Positions 57,887 to 64,000 of a DNA stretch of 64,000 nucleotides are shown piece by piece (positions within the stretch are counted from its first letter, which is position 1; each line of letters opens with the position of its first letter). Below the pieces are notes generated by a model, which saw nothing but the letters and a program-made list of their open reading frames with translations, made no database searches and had not been told where the DNA came from. Origin of the DNA: an uncultured Chitinophaga sp. (GTDB lineage Bacteria > Bacteroidota > Bacteroidia > Chitinophagales > Chitinophagaceae); assembly GCA_964652845.1 (NCBI GenBank), contig CAZZDQ010000005.1, forward strand, positions 22,959 to 86,958, written 5' to 3'. A program made the position numbers and the translations under genes.

Positions 57887-59419
57887 ATGAAACCAAACGA
57901 AAACAACATGAACGGCAGATTTTTGCGGGCTATTGTGCCAGCCCTGCTTGTATCGGCCTGCACGGTTCATCAGAAAGCCATTTCACCCGAAAAAAGATAT
58001 ACACTGTCGCAGCTGCAAAAGGATTATACCATTTACCGGCAGATCCTGCAGCAATATCATCCAGGCTTGTACTGGTACACTTCAAGGGACAGCATGGATC
58101 ATTATTTCAATGAAGGTTTTTCCCGCCTTAAGGATTCCATGACGGAAGAAGGCTTCCGCACGGTATTGAGCTATGTTACCGCCAAGATCAATTGCGGCCA
58201 TACAACCGTGAGACCTTCAGGGGGAATGATCAAATATGCTGATACTGCAAAACTGGGCAAATTATTCCCGCTCAGCGTGAAAGTGTGGGATGAAGCCATG
58301 GTGGTAACGGTGAATCTTGACAGGAAGGATAGCCAGTTGAAAAGAGGTACGGTCATCAATGCTATCGGTCACCGCCCGGCAGAAGAGATCACTGATTCAT
58401 TGTTTCAGTATATATCCTCGGACGGGTATGACCGGACGCATAAATACCAGGCACTGAGCAATCGCGGGAATTTCGGCGCCCTCTATTCCTCCGTATTCGG
58501 AAAAGCAGACAGTTTACCTGTTGATTATTTCAATAATGACGGACAGCTTAACACCACGATGTTGCATGCCTATGATCCGGATGCGGATACCGCGGACAGG
58601 AATTTTGCCCGCTCGCTCTATGCTTTTGCGCATATGACGAAAAAGGAAAGAAGACAAAGAGCAATGAGTTCGGTGCGCCTGCTGAAGATCGACAGCGTGA
58701 ACCATACCGCCATGATGGACCTCTCCAGCTTTGCCAACGGGTATAAGCTGAACCCATTCTTCAGAAAATCATTTAAAGTGCTTCACCGTTTGCATATCGG
58801 TCACCTGATCATTGACGTGCGCAATAACGGAGGCGGCAATGTGGCCAAATCGACGTTATTGAGCCGCTATCTTGCGGACCACCCCTTCAAGGTCTGCGAT
58901 TCCTTATATGCAGTAAAAAAATGCAGGGAATACAGACGGTATGTGAAAAATCATTTCTGGAACAATCTTTTCATCAGTTTTCTTTGCCATAAAAGAAAAG
59001 ACGGTCACTACCATTTTGCTTATTTTGAAAAACATTATTTCTCTCCAAAGAAAAAAGATCATTACAACGGAAAGGTTTACCTGCTCACCGGCGGCAATTC
59101 CTTTTCTGCAACGGTATTATTCGTCAGCTCACTGGTGAAGCAGCAAAATGTGACAATTATTGGCGAGGAGACGGGTGGCACCGCATACGGGAATTCAGCC
59201 TGGCTGATACCGGATGTAACCCTTCCGGAGACCGGCGTTCGATTCCGTCTTCCCCTGTTCAGGCTGGTGGCCGGCAACAATATTCCCAAGAATGGCAGGG
59301 GCGTGGAACCCGATGTGGAAGCAAAGCCTACGGTGGAAGCGGTAAAAAGGGGGGAAGACTTTAAACTGGACAAGGCAATGGAATTGATCCAAAAGGATAA
59401 AATGAAAAATCAAAACTAA
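57887..59419 (+). CDS. S41-family peptidase (lipoprotein)
   Basis: Lipobox VSAC, IIDVRNNGGG, SFSAT, IGEETGG and GVEPD motifs. Confidence 0.88.
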   Translation: MKPNENNMNGRFLRAIVPALLVSACTVHQKAISPEKRYTLSQLQKDYTIYRQILQQYHPGLYWYTSRDSMDHYFNEGFSRLKDSMTEEGFRTVLSYVTAKINCGHTTVRPSGGMIKYADTAKLGKLFPLSVKVWDEAMVVTVNLDRKDSQLKRGTVINAIGHRPAEEITDSLFQYISSDGYDRTHKYQALSNRGNFGALYSSVFGKADSLPVDYFNNDGQLNTTMLHAYDPDADTADRNFARSLYAFAHMTKKERRQRAMSSVRLLKIDSVNHTAMMDLSSFANGYKLNPFFRKSFKVLHRLHIGHLIIDVRNNGGGNVAKSTLLSRYLADHPFKVCDSLYAVKKCREYRRYVKNHFWNNLFISFLCHKRKDGHYHFAYFEKHYFSPKKKDHYNGKVYLLTGGNSFSATVLFVSSLVKQQNVTIIGEETGGTAYGNSAWLIPDVTLPETGVRFRLPLFRLVAGNNIPKNGRGVEPDVEAKPTVEAVKRGEDFKLDKAMELIQKDKMKNQN

Positions 59420-59480
59420 ATTCGTATATGCGGAAAATTAAGCCGGGCATTCCCGCAGGGCTATCCTAAATTATGACAGG

Positions 59481-60044
59481 TTGAATGAACACGAGCTGAT
59501 ACAACAACTTCGCCACGGCGATGAAGCGGCCTTTAAATGGCTGGTTGATAATTTCCAGGACAAGGTCTATAACACCGCCCTGGGTTTGGTGCAAAATGAA
59601 AAAGATGCAGAAGACGTAGCGCAGGAGGTATTTATACAGGTATTCCGCTCCATTAAGAATTTCAAGGAGGAATCAAAATTGTCAACCTGGCTTTACCGCA
59701 TCGCAGTAGGCAAGGCCCTGGACCTGATCAGGAGTAAAAAGAGCAAAAAAAGGTTTGGGCTCATGCACCGCCTGACCGGGGAAGAGAATGAACCTGTCCG
59801 GGATATCCCCGATTTTCATCACCCGGGCATAGTACTGGAAAAAAAGGAAAATGCTGCAAGACTGTTCAAAGCCATCAGGCAATTGCCCGAAAACCAGAAA
59901 ACAGCCTTTGTTTTGCATAAACTGGAAAACCTGAGTTATGAGGAAATCAGCAGGGTATTGCATACATCCCTGCCTGCTGTAGAATCACTGATGCACAGGG
60001 CCAAAATAAACCTTCAAAAAATCATTAAAAAGCAGCCGGATTGA
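59481..60044 (+). CDS. ECF RNA polymerase sigma factor
   Basis: DAEDVAQEVFI, STWLYRIA, LSYEEIS and VESLMHRAK motifs; TTG start. Confidence 0.93.
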   Translation: MNEHELIQQLRHGDEAAFKWLVDNFQDKVYNTALGLVQNEKDAEDVAQEVFIQVFRSIKNFKEESKLSTWLYRIAVGKALDLIRSKKSKKRFGLMHRLTGEENEPVRDIPDFHHPGIVLEKKENAARLFKAIRQLPENQKTAFVLHKLENLSYEEISRVLHTSLPAVESLMHRAKINLQKIIKKQPD

Positions 60045-60090
60045 CAGATCCCGAAAGTTTCATTATCATTCGGCGTCAAAAACTAGTAAT

Positions 60091-60420
60091 ATGGAAAACA
60101 GACAAGACATCAATACCGAAAAAATACTAAACAGTCTTGACGGATGCCAACCCGCCTCAGCACCCGATTTCTTTTATACAAGGCTGAAAGCAAGGATGGA
60201 AAAAGAGATCTTGCCTGCTCCCGCCCGCTCATGGGTACCCCGTCCGGTACTGATACTGGGCATGACCCTGGTGTTGGTCATGGTCAATATCGTCCTGGTG
60301 ATCCGCAAGGATACAGCATCACCCAAATCAGAGGAGAGCATCACCCAACAAAGCCTGGCTGCCGAGTATAATATCACTAATGAATCGAACACGATCTACG
60401 ATCTAAACCAGGAAAAATGA
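60091..60420 (+). CDS. Putative membrane anti-sigma factor
   Basis: Small protein with one TM helix and a PDFFYTRL motif, directly after the ECF sigma gene. Confidence 0.65.
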   Translation: MENRQDINTEKILNSLDGCQPASAPDFFYTRLKARMEKEILPAPARSWVPRPVLILGMTLVLVMVNIVLVIRKDTASPKSEESITQQSLAAEYNITNESNTIYDLNQEK

Positions 60421-60914
60421 AAACTCCCTCAAACAAAGTCATGACAATAGCGCTGGTGCTATTGTTGTTAGTCAATGTCGCCATGCTGGTATTCATGCTG
60501 AAAGGCCGTCCGCACCGTAATGGCAGGATGGACAATAACCACCAGCCTGTTTTTGAAATGATGAGTAAAGAGCTGAATATGACCGATCAGCAAAAAACAG
60601 ATTTCAAAAAAATGCGGGAAGAACATTTTGCCGCCATCAAACCCGTTTTTGATTCCATACGCACCCTGAAAAAATCACTATTCAACCTGATCAGGGCGGA
60701 TAATGTAAATGACAGCACCATCAATTATTATTCCATGCTGATCGCTGCCCAGCAGTCCATTATCGATAAAATGACCATCAGTCATTTCAGGAAGGTCAGG
60801 GCTTTATTCACTGGGGATCAGCAGAAAAAATATGATGATTTCGTGGAGAAGATGTATATGCAGCGTCATTTACCCCGCACACCGCAAAACAGGGGAAACG
60901 ACAGCAGCAAATAA
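60417..60914 (+). CDS. Spy/CpxP-like periplasmic helical protein
   Basis: ELNMTDQQK and FTGDQQKK LTxxQ-like repeats; N-terminal hydrophobic anchor. Confidence 0.75.
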   Translation: MKTPSNKVMTIALVLLLLVNVAMLVFMLKGRPHRNGRMDNNHQPVFEMMSKELNMTDQQKTDFKKMREEHFAAIKPVFDSIRTLKKSLFNLIRADNVNDSTINYYSMLIAAQQSIIDKMTISHFRKVRALFTGDQQKKYDDFVEKMYMQRHLPRTPQNRGNDSSK

Positions 60915-60938
60915 ATAAAGTTAGTACCGGCGGTAATT

Positions 60939-62741
60939 TCATTCCTGTCCCTTCATATTGTAGATCCGGTCGATGGCATCCTTATATTTCTCCATCACCA
61001 CTTTACGTTTGAGCGAGAGCTTAGGGGTGAGTTCGCCGGTGTTAACGGTCCATTCATAAGGCAGCAATTCAAATTTCTTTACCTGCTCTACGTGATTAAA
61101 GTATTTATTGAAGCTTTCGACCAGTTCCTTGTACATCTCATTTACCCGCGGATCCCTGATCAGGGCTTCATAATCGGTAAAGGCAATATTATTTTTCCTG
61201 CACCAGTCGATCAGGGCCGGGAAAGCAGGTACGATCAGGGCGCTCACAAATTTTCTTTCCGAACCGATCAGCATCACCTGTTCAATGAAAGGGGATTCTT
61301 TCAGTTTGTTTTCGATGGGCAGGGGCGCTACGTATTTGCCGCCGCTGGTCTTGAAAAGTTCTTTTTTACGGTCTGTGATCTTTAAGAATGGTTTATCGTG
61401 GAAAGAGACCAGCTCTCCGATATCACCGGTATGGTACCATCCACCGTCCGTAATGGCTTCCGCCGTCATGCCGGGCTGTTTATAGTATCCCATCATCACG
61501 TTGTCACCTTTGCAGAGAATTTCGCCGTCTTCAGCAATTTTTACTGCCACACCATCGATCAGCGGTCCTACGGTACCAAACATCCTGTCATCTTCATTAA
61601 AACGGTTAACTGCGATCACCGGGGAGGTTTCTGTCAGACCATATCCTTCCATGATCACGATCCGGGCTGCTGTAAAAATGCGGATCAGCTTTACCTGGCA
61701 GGCGGCTCCGCCTGTCACAATGGCGTTTATCTCGTTTCCCAGCCCTTCCCGCCATTTTTTAAATACGATCTTATTGGCGAGGCCCAGCTTGAACCTGTAC
61801 CAGGCACCCTGTTTTTTGTTGATCTCGAATTCTTCGGCCAGGCCATGCGCCCAGTAAAAAAGGGTTTTTTTGATACCGGTCAGCTCGCTTCCTTTTTCCA
61901 TGATACGTTCATACACTTTTTCCAGTAATCTCGGAACGGTAGTGAACATATGCGGCTTCACTTCAATAAGGTTCTGGCCGATTGAATCAAGGCTCTCTGC
62001 ATAATAAATGGAGAGACCTTTGAAGAGATAGAGGTAGGATACCATCCTTTCAAAAATATGGTTGAGCGGCAGGAAGCTTAGGCAACGGGTTCCGGGCGGA
62101 AAACAATCCATGCAGGCCATTACATTGCTCAGAATATTCTTATGTGAAAGCATCACTCCTTTGGGGGTGCCCGTGGTGCCAGACGTATAAATGAGTGTCA
62201 CCAGGTCCTCATAACCGATCTTATTGCTGATGTCGCTTAATTGCTCAGGTCTTGAGGTTTCATTTTCTGACAGTAATTCTTTCCAGTGGCGGGCATTGGC
62301 CACATGTTCAAAACTGATGATCTCTTTCAGGGACGGGACCTTATCTTTCAGGCTGCTGACCTTCAGAAATAGTTCTTCGTCATTCACAAAGACCATTTTC
62401 ACCCGGGCATCGCTCAGCACAAATTCCAGGTCGCCTAAATTGATGGTCGGATATACGGGAACGAGGATAGCTCCCACCTGTTGCACGGCCAGGTCGAGCA
62501 TGATCCATTCAGGCCTGTTCTTGGACAGGATCGCGATCTTATCCCTTCCTTCGGGCGTCATATCCCCGCAACTGATACCGCAGGCCAGCAATCCGGCACT
62601 GAGGCTATCTACGATACGTTTTACTTCCATAACGGGATAGGTCTTCCATTTGCCACCTTCTTTGCCCGCCAGCATGATATTCTCCGGGTCTTTTTCCAGG
62701 TGGAATTGCAGGCAATCGAATAATCTTTTGGGTTGATCCAT
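60939..62741 (-). CDS. Long-chain fatty-acid-CoA ligase
   Basis: YTSGTTGTPKG, EGYGLTE, HTGDIG and DRKKELFKTSGGKYVAP motifs. Confidence 0.93.
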   Translation of the reverse strand: MDQPKRLFDCLQFHLEKDPENIMLAGKEGGKWKTYPVMEVKRIVDSLSAGLLACGISCGDMTPEGRDKIAILSKNRPEWIMLDLAVQQVGAILVPVYPTINLGDLEFVLSDARVKMVFVNDEELFLKVSSLKDKVPSLKEIISFEHVANARHWKELLSENETSRPEQLSDISNKIGYEDLVTLIYTSGTTGTPKGVMLSHKNILSNVMACMDCFPPGTRCLSFLPLNHIFERMVSYLYLFKGLSIYYAESLDSIGQNLIEVKPHMFTTVPRLLEKVYERIMEKGSELTGIKKTLFYWAHGLAEEFEINKKQGAWYRFKLGLANKIVFKKWREGLGNEINAIVTGGAACQVKLIRIFTAARIVIMEGYGLTETSPVIAVNRFNEDDRMFGTVGPLIDGVAVKIAEDGEILCKGDNVMMGYYKQPGMTAEAITDGGWYHTGDIGELVSFHDKPFLKITDRKKELFKTSGGKYVAPLPIENKLKESPFIEQVMLIGSERKFVSALIVPAFPALIDWCRKNNIAFTDYEALIRDPRVNEMYKELVESFNKYFNHVEQVKKFELLPYEWTVNTGELTPKLSLKRKVVMEKYKDAIDRIYNMKGQE

Positions 62742-62846
62742 GACTTGATTAGAATAAGGGCACTTGCGGAAACAAATTACTTAAAATCGGGAAATAAAAA
62801 AATGACAGGGATTTTGGGGGATTATTTTGAAAATAACTGGAGCCTT

Positions 62847-62919
62847 ATTCGTGCATTCGTGGCGACCGCCATTCTACATCTGATTTCCAATAATATTTGG
62901 TTGCCACGAATTCACGAAT
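62847..62919. repeat. REP-like intergenic inverted repeat
   Basis: attcgtgcattcgtggcga (62847-62865) pairs with ttgccacgaattcacgaat (62901-62919). Confidence 0.75.
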
Positions 62920-63058
62920 TGTCACTGGTTCCACCAGTTTACATAATTAATGACACAGTCACCAGGCACTCAGGAATTATATTACGGCCTTGCTATGATG
63001 AAACTTGCCGGTAAGCAGAAATGTTTTTAAACCTCAGAGGCAGGTGTGATTCCAAAAA

Positions 63059-64000
63059 TCAAAGTATACGCATGGAAGAACTGAAGTCATCACTAATCAA
63101 AACCAATCCCGGTTTTTTGCCTTTTTCAAAGCTTCCGAGTTCATCATCCCATCGCAGTGCACGGGCGCCATTGAAGGTGGCCCATTGCAGGATGGCCTGA
63201 AGCGGTATTCCAGGGAGCTGCTGATGAACGGTTTCCATCTCTTTGGTAATGCTCAGTTGCCAGTTGCTGCTATAGCTGTCCGTACCCAGTACGATCCGGC
63301 AACCATGCTTCATCAGCAGTTTAACAGGCGGCATTTTATTTTCAATATAGCTGTTGGCATTCACGCATAAGCAATAGACCAGGATCAACCCCTCATTTTT
63401 TGCATATTCATTGGCCCATACAATATCTTCTTCGGGCATATAGGTGTTGTGAATAAGAAAAATAGTTTGCCCCTTATTGAAATAAGGCAATACAGAACGT
63501 ATACTGCTCTTGCCGGTAACGGGAAAGGGCGAATGATCGATCCCGAAGATCTTAAAAAGCCGCAATAAATCTCCGCCGCCGGTTTTATATAATTCATCTT
63601 CTGCAGGGTGCTCCTGGTTGTGAAGGGAAATGACCTGGTCTTTTGTGAGTTCATTTATTCTCCTGAAAGTTTGAGGACTGATACTGTAAGGAGAATGGGG
63701 AACCAAACTTGTACGTTGAATATTATTTATTGAGTGTTGTTTATTAAAACCTGAAGCTACTGTCAGGTAATGCTCTATGTTTTCCGCTGCCTTCTCATCC
63801 GTGAACCCAAGCACTTCCACAAAATTCTGCCAGCGGATCCTGCTTTTGCTTTTTACTGCTGCGGTATCAGCTGTATTACCAATATCACCCACGGCAACGA
63901 TACCGTTATCATACATTTCTTTTTCTGCAGCGATGATCTCCTGTTGTATCAGTTCCCCGGGGAAATTTCTTTTGGTAACGACCGAACAAAGAAATTCGAT
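63059..64000 (-). CDS. Metal-dependent amidohydrolase (5'-truncated by the window edge)
   Basis: Frame open to the window end; VPHSPYS, SLHNQE, LIH, LGTDS, NGARAL and GKKPGLV motifs. Confidence 0.88.
   Translation of the reverse strand: MEFLCSVVTKRNFPGELIQQEIIAAEKEMYDNGIVAVGDIGNTADTAAVKSKSRIRWQNFVEVLGFTDEKAAENIEHYLTVASGFNKQHSINNIQRTSLVPHSPYSISPQTFRRINELTKDQVISLHNQEHPAEDELYKTGGGDLLRLFKIFGIDHSPFPVTGKSSIRSVLPYFNKGQTIFLIHNTYMPEEDIVWANEYAKNEGLILVYCLCVNANSYIENKMPPVKLLMKHGCRIVLGTDSYSSNWQLSITKEMETVHQQLPGIPLQAILQWATFNGARALRWDDELGSFEKGKKPGLVLISDDFSSSMRIL
63711..63745 (-). repeat. Five degenerate heptamers inside the amidohydrolase gene
   Basis: Minus strand: aataaac aacactc aataaat aatattc aacgtac. 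Confidence 0.55.

Noticed and set aside
161-63654. Many antisense or overlapping ORFs in the track (e.g. 4310-5140, 48520-49173, 52010-52687, 62733-63014)
   Set aside because: They are shadows of well-supported genes or repeat regions and have no recognisable motifs.

Overview
64 kb of a Bacteroidota chromosome. Evidence: SusC/SusD/SusE genes, an IPExxxVDY protein and TAnnTTTG -7 promoter boxes. Chitinophagaceae is a likely family, but that is inference. Most of the window is housekeeping (recQ, kpsF, manC, feoB/feoA, nadD, ybeY, mnmG, asnC, suhB, thiL, selD/selU). A parS-like site beside mnmG suggests an origin-proximal location. Accessory blocks: (1) a cytochrome c / Tat-4Fe-4S / NrfD redox module preceded by two matching FNR-like palindromes, with no molybdopterin subunit in the window; (2) a minus-strand operon encoding a SET protein, a Ddl-like ATP-grasp ligase and an ATP-grasp-SET fusion, followed by an ABC membrane domain with no ATPase, which is the best candidate for an undescribed system; (3) a GH13-SusCDE locus joined to a galactan/galactose module that includes a GH2-GH53 fusion; (4) a ~185-nt tRNA-Asp(GUC)-like RNA with a 112-nt insertion in the variable arm; (5) period-7 repeat arrays that flank a four-helix-bundle pseudogene and also lie in-frame inside selU and an amidohydrolase, plus REP-like intergenic palindromes. 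All family calls come from reading motifs by eye; no database searches were run.
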